From an uncultured Staphylococcaceae bacterium (GTDB lineage: Bacteria > Bacillota_I > Bacilli_A > ML615J-28 > CAG-313), in contig CAZIQF010000002.1 of NCBI GenBank assembly GCA_964541525.1, forward strand, positions 1,775 to 65,774: a stretch of DNA of 64,000 bases, given 5' to 3'. Under the pieces are notes generated by a model. That model had not been told where the DNA came from, did no database searches, and saw only the letters and a program-made list of their open reading frames with translations. Below, piece after piece: positions 30,113 through 40,764 of the stretch (position 1 is the first letter of the stretch; the number at the start of each line of letters is the position of its first letter). A program made the translations under genes and the position numbers.

Positions 30113-32232
30113 TTATTTTTGAATAATAACAAATTCATTGTCTTGATAATCTGCTAGATATTCTACATTAGGTACAATTTTTGAACTAATGATGTTATGG
30201 GCGATTAAAGTTTCGATATTCTTTTGAATATAACGTTTAATTGGTCTTGCACCATAAGTAGTGTTATAACTTTCTTCGAGAATATGCTTTGCAAGTTGAT
30301 TAGTAAAACTCATCTTGATGTTATTTGTTGCAAGTCTTGTTTTTAAGTCGTTTAATAATTTATCGACGATTTTCATTTGGACATCCTTTGTTAGTGGATT
30401 GAACATAATAATTTCATCGATTCGATTTAAAAACTCTGGTTTAAATGACATTCTCAATAATTCGTTAACTTTTTCCTTGGAATTTTCATTAACACCATTA
30501 ATCAAGTATTCGCTACCAAGATTAGAAGTCATAATGATAATTGTGTTTTTAAAATCAACAGTTCGACCTTGACCATCTGTGATTCGACCGTCATCAAGAA
30601 TTTGAAGAAGAACATTGAAAATATCATGGTGAGCTTTTTCGATTTCGTCAAATAAGACAATTGAATAAGGTTTGCGACGAACTGCTTCAGTTAATTGACC
30701 GCCTTCATCATATCCTACATATCCTGGAGGAGCCCCAATTAAACGTGCGACTGAATGAGATTCCATGTATTCGCTCATATCAAAACGAACGATATGATGT
30801 TCACTATCAAATAGAGCTTCAGCAAGGCTACGACATACTTCGGTTTTACCGACACCAGTTGGACCTAAGAATAAGAAACTACCAATTGGCCGATTTTCAT
30901 CCTTAATTCCTGCTCTTTGTCGAATAATTGCATCACTGACGAGTTGTAATGCTTCATCTTGACCGATAACTCGCTTTGCCATTGTATCTTTTAGTGTTAA
31001 TAGTTTTTCGCGATCACCTTTTACTAATTTCGATACAGGAATATTTGTAGCTTTAGATACTATTAAGGCGATGTCTTCTTCAGTTACAATTTCGGAAATC
31101 ATTTTGTCTTCTTTAGTTTCTTCTTGATAAATTGCCAATTCTTTTTCAAGTCTTGGAATTACCCCATATTGAAGTTCAGCAGCACTATTTAAATCACCAC
31201 GATTAGTAGCTTGCTCATACTCAAATCGAGCTTTTTCTAATTGCTTTTGCTTATTTTTAATTTCTTCTAATGCTTTCTTTTCACCATGCCATTTATCAGT
31301 CATTTCCTTTTCTTGTTTATGCATTGTGATAAGTTCTGATTCAATTTTATTAAGCCGTTCCTTGCTTAAACTATCGGTTTCGTTTTTAAGTGCAGCTTTT
31401 TCAATTTCAAGTTGCATAATGTGTCGTTTCAAAGTATCTAATTCAGTTGGCATTGAATCCATTTCTGTACGAATTGAAGCACAGGCTTCATCAACTAAGT
31501 CGATTGCTTTGTCAGGTAAGAAACGGTCTGTAATATAACGATTAGATAAAACTGCACTAGCGACAATTGCATTATCGCTGATACGAACACCATGATGAAC
31601 CTCAAATCGTTCTTTGAGTCCACGTAAAATACTGATTGTATCTTCAACCGTTGGTTCATTAATCATTACTTTTTGAAATCTTCGTTCCAAGGCACTATCT
31701 TTTTCGATATATTTACGATATTCATTAAGTGTTGTGGCTCCGATACAATGAAGTTCACCACGTGCAAGCATTGGTTTTAACATATTACCTGCATCTAGAG
31801 CTCCTTCAGCATTGCCTGCTCCAACAATCAAGTGAATTTCATCGATAAACAGAATAATTTGACCATTGCTTTCTTTGATTTTATTTAAAACTGCTTTTAG
31901 TCTTTCTTCAAATTCACCACGATATTTTGCACCAGCAATTAAAGCCCCCATATCAAGTTCATAAACATGACATTTTTTTAGACTTGTTGGTACATCCTCT
32001 TTTACAATTCTCGCTGCAAGCCCTTCAATAATAGCTGTTTTACCGACACCTGGTTGACCAATTAAAATTGGATTATTTTTTGTTTTTCGAGCTAGAATTT
32101 TAATAATTCTTAAAATTTCATCTTCACGCCCAATTACCGGGTCAACTTTTCCTTCTTTAACAGCATCTGTTACATCTCGCCCAAACTTTTCTAAGACCTT
32201 AGGATCTTTAGAATAATCTTGTTGCATTTCCA
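30113..32232 (-). CDS. clpB: ATP-dependent chaperone ClpB lacking the N-terminal domain
   Basis: Two AAA+ modules (GQPGVGKT...; GPTGVGKT...) with coiled-coil M-domain between them. Start is taken at the ATG (MEMQQD...) preceded by AAGGAGG; the ORF track extends to 32254 through a GTG. Confidence 0.85.
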
Positions 32233-32246
32233 TAATATTGACCTCC

Positions 32247-32273
32247 TTTAGCACTCTAATATTATGAGTGCTA
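32247..32273. promoter_or_regulatory. CIRCE operator (HrcA site) immediately upstream of clpB RBS
   Basis: Perfect consensus TTAGCACTC-N9-GAGTGCTAA, preceded on the minus strand by TTGACA-N16-TATTAAT. Confidence 0.8.
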
Positions 32274-32399
32274 ATTAATTATAACACTTTTTAAAAATTT
32301 GTCAATACCATTTTGAAAAAATTTTAATATTTTGAAAAAATTTTAATATTTTTTATAATTTTTTAATATTTTAATCATTACCAGCGAAATAATGATGGA

Positions 32400-33160
32400 C
32401 TGCATAATCAGATTCTTGTTCAAATTTATCTATTTCTTGCTTCGAAAGATCCATAGATGAAAAAGCATATCAAAAGCATGAACATTACAATCATCGACAT
32501 CTAGTTTTGCGTCAACAACAGCTTTTTTAAGATTATTAATCTAGATTAATATTTCATCATAAAAAGGTTAATTTTTGGCCACAAAAGTATATGTAGGTGG
32601 TAAATTATGATAGTTAGTTTGTCTTGTAGGAGTAGTGTAAGGTATAACCTGTGATTTTGATCTTTTTCTTAAATACATTTTTCAACCAAAATGGTTTTTT
32701 AGTGTTCCACCTTTTCCATGATTGTTGACAGAAGAAGTTGTATCAAGATTATCAATCATAGGGTATAAAGGCATTAAGCAAGATATATTAATTTCTTTTC
32801 AATCTCTAGCCAACATTGATAAAGTCATTGATAGACCACCACTGGTGCTTCCGCCTCCTACCATGATTTGATTAGTTCAAAATCTTAGGACATCAGTATT
32901 CTTCAGCATATATTATAATACTTCATAGAATTCATTTAAAGCACGAGGATAGGGATGAGATCCAGATAAACTATACCCAGGAGATACTGTTACTGATTAA
33001 ATCTTTTTACAAGACTATTAGCCTTAATATATAAACCATTTCTTTCATTCTGGTAAAATAACCACCACCATTAATCGATAAAATACTAGGAGTTAATTTA
33101 TTTTGGTCTTCATTAGATAAAATAATCGCTAACAATTTTTTTCTAAAATGGCTTTAATCT
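32400..33160 (-). pseudogene. Decayed alpha/beta-hydrolase fold-3 esterase/lipase pseudogene
   Basis: Minus-strand frames, interrupted by several stops and frameshifts, encode PSILSINGGGYFTRM (HGGG oxyanion motif), IMVGGGSTSGGLSMTLSMLARD (GDSAGG...ARD nucleophile region), YPMIDNLDTTSS and AVVDAKLDVDDCNVHAFDMLFH (C-terminal His region). Confidence 0.45.
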
Positions 33161-33448
33161 TTAATTTTTGTTTAAATATGCATTTATCAAGTTTAAATGA
33201 AATTATTAAATCGCATCATTATTAATTATAATATACTATATTTTCTAAAGGCAAACTAATACTTAAATCTAACATATTAAATTAAATTTTCAGAGTTCTT
33301 ATGCAACATCATAATGAAATATTGTGAAAATAGGCTTGATATCTAAACAAAGATGGTTATAGTATCAAGCCTCATTAGTGTTTATATTAAATGTAGTAAT
33401 TACATTGAAAAATTTTGTAGATGTATTAAGCCATAAGCTGATTACTAT

Positions 33449-33694
33449 CTATAAATCCATCATATAATTACAAAAATATACTGGAAATAATTGATTAGCA
33501 ACTGCTGTTCCCATCCCATTATTATTAAAAAAAGAAGTGTAAATTGTAGAAATATGTAGTCCAAAGCATAAACCTGCAACAATAAAAAGGAATAATTTTT
33601 TATATTTTTCATTCTTAATTTTTTTAGCAATTAATAAAATTGTTAAAATAAAGAAAAATGAACAAATGATATAGATAATTTGATCATGTGTCAT
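33449..33694 (-). pseudogene. N-terminal remnant of a YwaF/TMEM164-like membrane protein
   Basis: The 81-aa ORF resembles the N-terminus of the intact paralog at 51346-52116 (H..II.......AV.L.K....KKL...VA.L.F) and is followed by about 300 bp of non-coding DNA. Confidence 0.3.
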
Positions 33695-33924
33695 ATATAA
33701 CTCCTATTCTTAATAAAATTTTAAATATTTTTCCCATATTTAAGTATATATTTGTTACTATAATAATAAGTATGTTAGATGAATGTGAATAAATCTACAT
33801 AATTGTGAAAAAGAGTAATTTCATTCTAATTATATCATTATTTTTATTTATTATAAAATTTGGATGTTAAAATTTTAATAAAAGAACATTAAAATACCAA
33901 AAATCGTTTTTGCCTACAAATAAC

Positions 33925-33975
33925 AAAAAGGTTTGGTATTTGTGTACCCAACCTTTTGTTCAAATATGTGTTTGC
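33925..33975 (-). repeat. REP-like intergenic element (hairpin terminator plus conserved tail), copy 1
   Basis: AAAAA-GGTTTGGTA-tttgtg-TACCCAACC-ttttgttcaaatatgtgt. On the minus strand it is a stem-loop plus U-run downstream of the cupin gene. Confidence 0.55.
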
Positions 33976-34100
33976 AATAACATGTTAACATAACATTGCA
34001 CTTCTATGATTTTATCTTAATCATTGTCTTTAATATAGTTCAAGGTAAACTATAAATGATGTTTCTATGTACCATTCTAAAAAGAGGAATTATACATACA

Positions 34101-34460
34101 TTAGAATGATACAATTAGTTGCATTTTAAACTTTTCTTCACCATAAACTGCATGCGGAATATCTTTTGGCATAATGAGAGTATCACCAGCTTCTAAATAA
34201 AAAACATCAGATCCTACAGTAAATCGACCTTTTCCCTCTAACACGGTCACCATAGCATCACCAGCAGCGGCATGAGTTGAAATCTCTTCGCCTTTATCAA
34301 AAGAAAAAATAGTAATACTTACTAATTCATTTTGAACAATTGTTTTACTCACAACTTGACCATTTAGATATTGAACTTGTTCTTTCAGTTGTAGTTTTGT
34401 TTGTTTTTTAATGTTTTTATACATAATATTTTTCACCTTTCCTAAACACAAATATTTCAA
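34101..34460 (-). CDS. Cupin-domain protein
   Basis: 119 aa. Cupin motifs G.H.H......VLEG and GD.L..P...PH. Confidence 0.6.
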   Translation of the reverse strand: MKYLCLGKVKNIMYKNIKKQTKLQLKEQVQYLNGQVVSKTIVQNELVSITIFSFDKGEEISTHAAAGDAMVTVLEGKGRFTVGSDVFYLEAGDTLIMPKDIPHAVYGEEKFKMQLIVSF

Positions 34461-34730
34461 TCAATAGAAATTGTAGTATAATCTCCTTGAATTGCTTTAT
34501 TATATTTATCATTATATCATTTTTTTATTATAATGTCTATTTATTCAAATATTTAATCTCATTAATGTGTCAATATTTTTTTCAAAAAACACTTTTCTTT
34601 TTTGAAAATATTCATCTGCAAGAAAAAAATCTGAGTTTTAAGCAACTTATATCTCAAAAGCTCAGGAATTTGTGTTAATATAGTTTATTAAATTATCGCT
34701 TACGGGTCTTAAACAATTTTATTTTGGTAT

Positions 34731-34777
34731 AAAAAAGGTTTAGTGATTGTGTCAAACCTATTCATTCAATATGTGTT
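34731..34777 (-). repeat. REP-like terminator element, copy 2
   Basis: AAAAAA-GGTTTAGTGAttgtGTCAAACC-tattcattcaatatgtgtt. Confidence 0.5.
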
Positions 34778-34840
34778 ATTAGGGAATTTTAATAAAATTA
34801 GGAATAATCTTTTTTCCAACATTCTTTTTTGATTTTTATA

Positions 34841-35500
34841 TTATTTTGAATTTTCAATTTGATTATTTAGTCTATTATAAAATTCACTCATAAAATCAAT
34901 TCTTTCTTCCCACATTTTTTGAGAAGTTTTAGTTTCAAACTTTAATGATCTAAGCTTAGGAAGTTTAGATATAATCTTATCCACGTATGCTTTTTGTTCT
35001 GCAATTGATAAATTCATATAGTCAATATTTTGCAATCCCTCGTATAATCTATATGCATCAAATCTATCAATATTATCCGCATCTCCTATAATTCCTGCAA
35101 GTAAAGTTCTTTTATGCTCATAGTCAGCCTTATCATCTACATGAATAGCTATACCATAGCACATTTCTTCAACTTCATCTTTTGTATAGCCTAATTCTAA
35201 TAAAAAAGGTCTAGCAATTTTTGCACCTAATCTACCATGATTTTTATAATCATCATAAGAATCATAATCTAGTGAATATCCTATATCATGAAGCAAGCCA
35301 CCAACATATGCCAGTTCAACATTTAAATTCTCTTTAGTAGCTATTTCTTTACAAATATTAGCAACTCTAAATGAGTGTTCAATTCTATACTCAGCCATTC
35401 TTAAATTATTATCCTTATAATCTTTAAGCTTCATAAGTTCAGTTTTAACGAAATCTTTAACCTTAATAATTATTTCTTCTCTCATAAATACCTCCTGCAC
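34841..35500 (-). CDS. HD-domain (HDIG) phosphohydrolase
   Basis: H...VANI and GGLLHDIGYS motifs. 219 aa. Confidence 0.65.
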   Translation of the reverse strand: MQEVFMREEIIIKVKDFVKTELMKLKDYKDNNLRMAEYRIEHSFRVANICKEIATKENLNVELAYVGGLLHDIGYSLDYDSYDDYKNHGRLGAKIARPFLLELGYTKDEVEEMCYGIAIHVDDKADYEHKRTLLAGIIGDADNIDRFDAYRLYEGLQNIDYMNLSIAEQKAYVDKIISKLPKLRSLKFETKTSQKMWEERIDFMSEFYNRLNNQIENSK

Positions 35501-35653
35501 ACAGAGTGTCTATTAAAATCATTTTCTTCAAACTTTCGGTTGATGGAAATGATGATTTTCACAAAATGAATCCACCTTGATATTGGATTTATGTCAATCA
35601 AGGCTGTGTTTTCAATTGCTCAATGAAGGCTTGAATGTAAAAACCGACATTAT

Positions 35654-35713
35654 AAAAAGAGGCTTGATACTTTATTTTTATTGTATCAAACCTATACTTT
35701 CAAAATGTATCAT
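35654..35713 (-). repeat. REP-like terminator element, copy 3
   Basis: AAAAAGA-GGCTTGATAC-tttatttttatt-GTATCAAACC-tatactttcaaaatgtatcat. Confidence 0.55.
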
Positions 35714-35782
35714 TACTACAAAATATTTCACAATACAGCTTTTAGTAGTAATATAAAAATAATTTTTTTGAATAAGGATTTT

Positions 35783-36286
35783 TTACGATTCTAATAATTG
35801 TTTCTTTTTTGCATCAAACTCTTCCTGAGTAATTATACCATCATCTAGTAGTTGCTTAAATTTTCTTAATTCATCAGCACTAGAAACCGACTGAAATTGG
35901 TTTATAATTGTCGACATATTTTTTTTATTTTCTTCAATAAGCGTATGTATATGATTATATACATTTTCTGCTAATTCATTTTGTTTTGGGAAAAATACAA
36001 TAGATCTTAAATCTTTAGCCGCACCCCTTATACCATTACTATTCTTAATTTCTCCTTTAACTCCCAAAGATAAATAACCATTTTTCCAAATAGATGCCTT
36101 TGAAAATTCTACGCTTTCAATATCAACCTTATCTATAACCTTCTCGTCAGTCAAAAACTTAAATATTATTTTATCTTCGTAAACAAATAAATTGTTCATA
36201 TTTCCTCGTAGTTCAAATAATAAGTTTCCCATAAAGTCTCCTTTCGCACCTAAAATTATACCACAATTTATAATATATTTCAACAA
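35783..36286 (-). CDS. SHOCT-domain protein with N-terminal PH-like domain
   Basis: C-terminal LLDDGIITQEEFDAKKKQLL matches the SHOCT motif. 167 aa. Confidence 0.5.
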   Translation of the reverse strand: MLKYIINCGIILGAKGDFMGNLLFELRGNMNNLFVYEDKIIFKFLTDEKVIDKVDIESVEFSKASIWKNGYLSLGVKGEIKNSNGIRGAAKDLRSIVFFPKQNELAENVYNHIHTLIEENKKNMSTIINQFQSVSSADELRKFKQLLDDGIITQEEFDAKKKQLLES

Positions 36287-36296
36287 TTATATCTTA

Positions 36297-36344
36297 TAGG
36301 TTCGATATCCGTAAGTAAATGGTTCGAGTCCGTGGACAGTCTCC
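36297..36344 (+). other. tRNA/tmRNA-like 3-prime fragment with an internal short duplication
   Basis: GGTTCGAtaTCCGT ... GGTTCGAgTCCGTGGACAGTCTCC resembles a T-arm plus acceptor 3-prime strand, but no complete cloverleaf can be drawn. Confidence 0.25.
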
Positions 36345-36472
36345 TTAGGTGTTAAAATCTAAATGTTTCATAAAAGCATAAAAAAATAAGGTATTCTAAC
36401 CATTATTGGCTAAAATACCATATAAAATGCAAAAAAATAAGCCTTACTAGAAGACTTATAGATTTCAAAAAA

Positions 36473-36546
36473 TGGAGGTCCCGATCGGATTTGAACCGAT
36501 GATCAGGGTGTTGCAGACCCACGCCTTACCGCTTGGCTACAGGACC
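36473..36546 (-). tRNA. tRNA-Cys (anticodon GCA)
   Basis: Minus strand reads GGTCCTGTAGCCAAGCGGTAAGGCG-TGGGT-CTGCAAC-ACCCT-GATCATCGGTTCAAATCCGATCGGGACCTCCA. The 7-bp acceptor stem, D-arm, anticodon loop CT-GCA-AC, T-loop GTTCAAATC and encoded CCA are all present. Confidence 0.8.
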
Positions 36547-36673
36547 ATCTTCTAAGCATTAATATTATATCAAAAAAAGCAATTTAAGTCAAATAATTAA
36601 CTATTTTTATATAATATTATATGAAAAGAAAATTAAAATATGATATAATACACTTGTGAATGAGGTAGATATA

Positions 36674-38464
36674 ATGAAAATAATTTATAAAATTGGTTTA
36701 ATCTTTGTTATTATTTTGCTTAGTTTGACATCTTGTAAGAGGAAGGATACAAAATATACTATTAGTTTTGATGTAGATGGAACTATTACTAGTGTTGAAC
36801 TAAAAAAAGGAGAACAAGTTGCTTTTCCACCAGCTTTTAAAGATAATTATACTTTTGTTGGTTGGATGCTAGATGGTGATATTGTCACAGAATATGTTGT
36901 TGAAACGTCTGACGTGACTTTTGTAGCCACATTTTACAGTAATGATTTGATTGAATTAGAACAAGCATTCAAGCGTTATACGTTTGATGATACAATTAAT
37001 GGCAATAAATTATCATTGAAGACTAATTTTTATTACCAAGGGAAGAAAATTAGTGGTTCATGGGAATCTTCTGATTCTAGTCTAATTGACAATCATGGAT
37101 ATATTGTTTCATATCCAGAAACCGAAACAATTGTAACTTTAACGTTAACATTAAAATATAATGATAGTACTTTATGTGATGAGTATTATGTAACACTTAT
37201 GCCAAAAACTTTAGAAGAGCTTCTTGATCTGGGATTGGAAACAATTGAAGTACCAACTATGATTACTGACTCATTAAAAGTTGAACTCCCAGTAGAGTTT
37301 GAATATAATATTGTAGGTAGTTGGATTAGTAGTGATGAAACGATTTTAACATCAGATGGTGTAGTTAAGGTTTTTAATGAAAGAAAAGATGTTGTTATGA
37401 CTTTGAACTATAAAAAGGAGGGAGATGAGGAAATGAAAAGTAGAGATTTCACTTTTACAGTAGATGTAAATACGGCAATGCATATTATAAGAGCTGATAA
37501 CTTTGAACTAAATAATATGGAAAATGTTAAATTATCAAATGGCAAATTAGTTTTAAAAGATGATGCAATTTATGGTAGTTATGAATCCCCAATTTTGGAA
37601 ACAATTGATTTTTCTAGTTTGGTTGCTTCTTGGTCAGCTGTTTCTTCTAAAGAAGCAACAGTTGAATTATTAGTGAGTGTTCGTGTTGATGGTAAATTTA
37701 GTGATTACATTACCTACTGTGAAGGTGGATGGGGACTTGGCTTACAGAATGCATCAAAAAATCAAATTAAAGATACGATTGAACTGAATACGGATGAAAT
37801 AAATGTCTTAAACAATAAAGCTGGCGATGCAGTAAAATTTAAATTGATTTTAAGAAGAACTAATAGTAGTGTACTTACTCCTAAAGTTTCGCTTGTTGCA
37901 TTTGCATTAGAAGGAACTGATTTCACAGGCTTAAAGTACCAATTAGATGATTTGTCCGGTAATATTAAATATGATGTTCCACGACTTTATCAAGGAGCAG
38001 TACCTACAATTGGAAATAGTATTTGTAGTGCCACATCTTCAACCATGTTACTTAAATATAAAGGTATGGATTTTTCAGATTATGATTCGCAATATGAACA
38101 TCGCTATATTGCTGGAATAGTAAAGGATTATGGTAATAATATTTATGGTAATTGGGTTTACAATACGGTAGCCATCGGTGGTTATGGCTTTGATGCTTAT
38201 GTTGCTAGATTATATTCAATTAATGAACTAGTAAATCATCTAGAATCTATTGGTCCTGTTGCAATAAGTGTGAAAGGACAAATGACTTCTGATAAAAAAG
38301 ATTATTATACAGCTGGTCATTTACTTTGCATTATTGGCTATATTTATCAAGATGGTGAATTAACTTTTATTGCCAATGATCCGAATGTTCCTGATGTTGA
38401 ATGTACATATTCACAGTCAGTTATTTCGAGAACATGGAGAAATATAATTTATGTAGTTGAATAA
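36674..38464 (+). CDS. Lipoprotein with C-terminal papain-like C39-type cysteine peptidase domain
   Basis: Lipobox LTSC. C-terminus has GNSICSATSSTMLLKYKGMDFS (Cys), AGHLLCIIGY (His) and ANDPN. The upstream domains are beta-rich and unannotatable. Confidence 0.5.
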   Translation: MKIIYKIGLIFVIILLSLTSCKRKDTKYTISFDVDGTITSVELKKGEQVAFPPAFKDNYTFVGWMLDGDIVTEYVVETSDVTFVATFYSNDLIELEQAFKRYTFDDTINGNKLSLKTNFYYQGKKISGSWESSDSSLIDNHGYIVSYPETETIVTLTLTLKYNDSTLCDEYYVTLMPKTLEELLDLGLETIEVPTMITDSLKVELPVEFEYNIVGSWISSDETILTSDGVVKVFNERKDVVMTLNYKKEGDEEMKSRDFTFTVDVNTAMHIIRADNFELNNMENVKLSNGKLVLKDDAIYGSYESPILETIDFSSLVASWSAVSSKEATVELLVSVRVDGKFSDYITYCEGGWGLGLQNASKNQIKDTIELNTDEINVLNNKAGDAVKFKLILRRTNSSVLTPKVSLVAFALEGTDFTGLKYQLDDLSGNIKYDVPRLYQGAVPTIGNSICSATSSTMLLKYKGMDFSDYDSQYEHRYIAGIVKDYGNNIYGNWVYNTVAIGGYGFDAYVARLYSINELVNHLESIGPVAISVKGQMTSDKKDYYTAGHLLCIIGYIYQDGELTFIANDPNVPDVECTYSQSVISRTWRNIIYVVE

Positions 38465-38465
38465 A

Positions 38466-38516
38466 AGAACCTATCACTAATAGTTATAATTAACTATAGT
38501 GATAAGTTCTTTTTTT
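38466..38516. terminator. Bidirectional terminator between lipoprotein gene (+) and amidohydrolase gene (-)
   Basis: AGAACCTATCACTA-loop-TAGTGATAAGTTCT followed by TTTTTTT. Confidence 0.6.
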
Positions 38517-39771
38517 AATATACTTTTTTACCATTGCTGTAAACGGCTTTTAAATAATTTGGTTGACGTTCATAGATTAAACGTTCGAATCGTTCCGTTG
38601 TTGATAAACGATTAGAACCAATTAATTCGTCATCATTTACAATCATTATATTTAAACTATTACCTGGAACAATTCCGGCTTTTTCACCAAAGAATTCATT
38701 AGTAGCAGAGGTTGCAAGATACCATGCTTCATTAATTGACAAACATTGAGGATGATTTTCATCTGTTACTGATTTCATTTTTGATACATTAATTGTTGTA
38801 CGAATAATATCAAATACATTTAGGGAATCACCACCAGAAATATCACTTCCCAACACAACTTTAATTCCTTCACTTAGCATTTGTCTAATTGGAGCAAGAC
38901 CAGAACATAAATTAAGATTAGAATTGGCACAATGGACTACATAAACACCAGCATCTCTTATTGCTTGTCGTTCAAATTTATTAGACCAAACACAATGAGC
39001 CATTAATGTTCGATTGTTCCATAAACTAAATTGTTTATATGTTTGATAATATTCACTGCAATTAGGATGCATTTGTTTAACCATGTTAATTTCATTCAAA
39101 TTTTCAGATAGATGTGACTGAATTGGCAAATTGTATTTTTTAGCTGTTTCACCTAAGAATTTAAGTAACTCATTACTACAAGAGATGGTAAAACGTGGTG
39201 TTATAATCGGTTTAATCAGTTTAAATTTCTTAGTCGCATCTAGCCATTTGTTTGTATTAATTATTGAATCAGAAGTAGTCTCATTTAAAATTGAAGGACC
39301 TAAATCCATATTAACTTTTCCAACGTAACCAGTGAGCCCAGCTTTTTCTAGTTCATCCATTAAAATCAAAGTTGCATCTTTATGTAGTGAGGAAAACATG
39401 CAAAATCTAGTAGTCCCATTTTCGATTAGTTTTCTCGCTAATCGATGATAAATTGTTCTAGCGTAATCTAAATCATTAAATTTAGCTTCAGTTTTATAAG
39501 TGTAATTATTTAACCATTCCAGCAATTCTAAATCATATCCCATTCCTAACATTGGTAATTGGGGCGCATGTAGATGCATATCACTAAATGTTTGTAAAAT
39601 TAGATGGTTAGAATAGTCAATATAAGCTTTTCCTAAGTATTTTTTAGGTAGTTCTTGATATGTACCTACTATTTTTCCATCCTCACTAACTAAATAACCA
39701 TTTTCAATTATTTCTAATTCTATTAGACTTTTTGCGTACACAATTGTTCCTTTTAATATTATTAATTCCAT
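38515..39771 (-). CDS. Amidohydrolase-superfamily guanine deaminase-like protein
   Basis: Metal-binding FSDMHLHAPQLP (HxHxxQ signature of the guanine/8-oxoguanine deaminase subgroup), HLSEN and GSDISGG. Confidence 0.55.
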   Translation of the reverse strand: MELIILKGTIVYAKSLIELEIIENGYLVSEDGKIVGTYQELPKKYLGKAYIDYSNHLILQTFSDMHLHAPQLPMLGMGYDLELLEWLNNYTYKTEAKFNDLDYARTIYHRLARKLIENGTTRFCMFSSLHKDATLILMDELEKAGLTGYVGKVNMDLGPSILNETTSDSIINTNKWLDATKKFKLIKPIITPRFTISCSNELLKFLGETAKKYNLPIQSHLSENLNEINMVKQMHPNCSEYYQTYKQFSLWNNRTLMAHCVWSNKFERQAIRDAGVYVVHCANSNLNLCSGLAPIRQMLSEGIKVVLGSDISGGDSLNVFDIIRTTINVSKMKSVTDENHPQCLSINEAWYLATSATNEFFGEKAGIVPGNSLNIMIVNDDELIGSNRLSTTERFERLIYERQPNYLKAVYSNGKKVY

Positions 39772-39903
39772 AACAACCTCTAATTATTAGTAATCCGTTA
39801 TATAGTATATCAAACTTTCCCGTTTATAGCAATTAATCTATAAATTTAATTTATAAATTAAAAGGAAGCTTCTACTATTTAGTAGAAAAACTTCCTTCAA
39901 TAA

Positions 39904-40704
39904 TTAACTATTTTTTCTTACTGGAAATTGGATTTCAGTTAGATAATCATTTTCATTCTCCTTGTTCCAACATCCATCGATATAGCATTCTCTAGCATTA
40001 TCAATGATTTCATAATTATTATCTTCAATATATTTTAGGACAATTTGATATGAATCTCTTAAATTGTTGTAAGCACCTCGATGATAAATACAAACAGCAG
40101 TGATTTCAGGTGTAGTCGTGAATTTAATTTCATTCGTTTCATTACCAATAGTTTCAACTGCTTGGGCATATCTGATTTTAATATTCGTTTCTTTGTATTC
40201 ACCATCTAAATAACTAATATAACAGTAATCAGGATCAATACACTTTAAATTAGGATTAGCATGGGCACACATACTTCCGGTAATAAATGCAAACTCACTA
40301 ATTTTACTGAAATCTTCAATAACTCCATCACGATAATAGATAGTGTAACTAGGAATTTTTTTAACAATAATTTCGTTTTTCAATTTGTTTTCCTCCAATA
40401 GATAATTAATTTTGGATAACTCTATATGAAAATCATTAATGTTTTTTTCTATTTCTTGTTTTCTTTTAACTAAAATGTTATGCATATCAGCGCCATTTAG
40501 AATATTTTTAATGTCTTTAATTGATAGACCCATTTCTTTAAGCGATATGATTTTTGAGACATCAAGAAGTTGACTTGCTTCATAATATCTGTAACTAGTA
40601 TATGGATTTATGTAACAAGGTGCTAATAAACCTTCTTTCTCATAATAGCGTAAAGTCTTAATCGTTAGTTTTGACATTTTAGAAAAATCACCAATTTTGA
40701 TCAT
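39904..40704 (-). CDS. MerR-family transcriptional regulator with GyrI-like effector-binding domain (BmrR/Mta-like)
   Basis: N-terminal HTH MIKIGDFSKMSKLTIKTLRYYEKEGLL, coiled-coil linker and C-terminal GyrI-like domain. Confidence 0.75.
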   Translation of the reverse strand: MIKIGDFSKMSKLTIKTLRYYEKEGLLAPCYINPYTSYRYYEASQLLDVSKIISLKEMGLSIKDIKNILNGADMHNILVKRKQEIEKNINDFHIELSKINYLLEENKLKNEIIVKKIPSYTIYYRDGVIEDFSKISEFAFITGSMCAHANPNLKCIDPDYCYISYLDGEYKETNIKIRYAQAVETIGNETNEIKFTTTPEITAVCIYHRGAYNNLRDSYQIVLKYIEDNNYEIIDNARECYIDGCWNKENENDYLTEIQFPVRKNS

Positions 40705-40764
40705 ATAAATAGCCTCCTATTATATTTATACACTATCCTTTAAGGGGAGAGTCAAGTAAAAAGA

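Noticed and set aside
32321-32365. Tandem 20-bp duplication TTTTGAAAAAATTTTAATAT x 2 upstream of clpB promoter
   Set aside because: It is an AT-rich UP-element-like tract, probably simple slippage duplication. I saw no evidence of function beyond promoter-proximal A/T richness.
33150-34100. Long AT-rich non-coding stretches that could hide an ncRNA or riboswitch
   Set aside because: I could not recognise a conserved riboswitch core (no T-box specifier/antiterminator, no purine, SAM or FMN motifs). They more likely reflect gene decay (adjacent pseudogenes).
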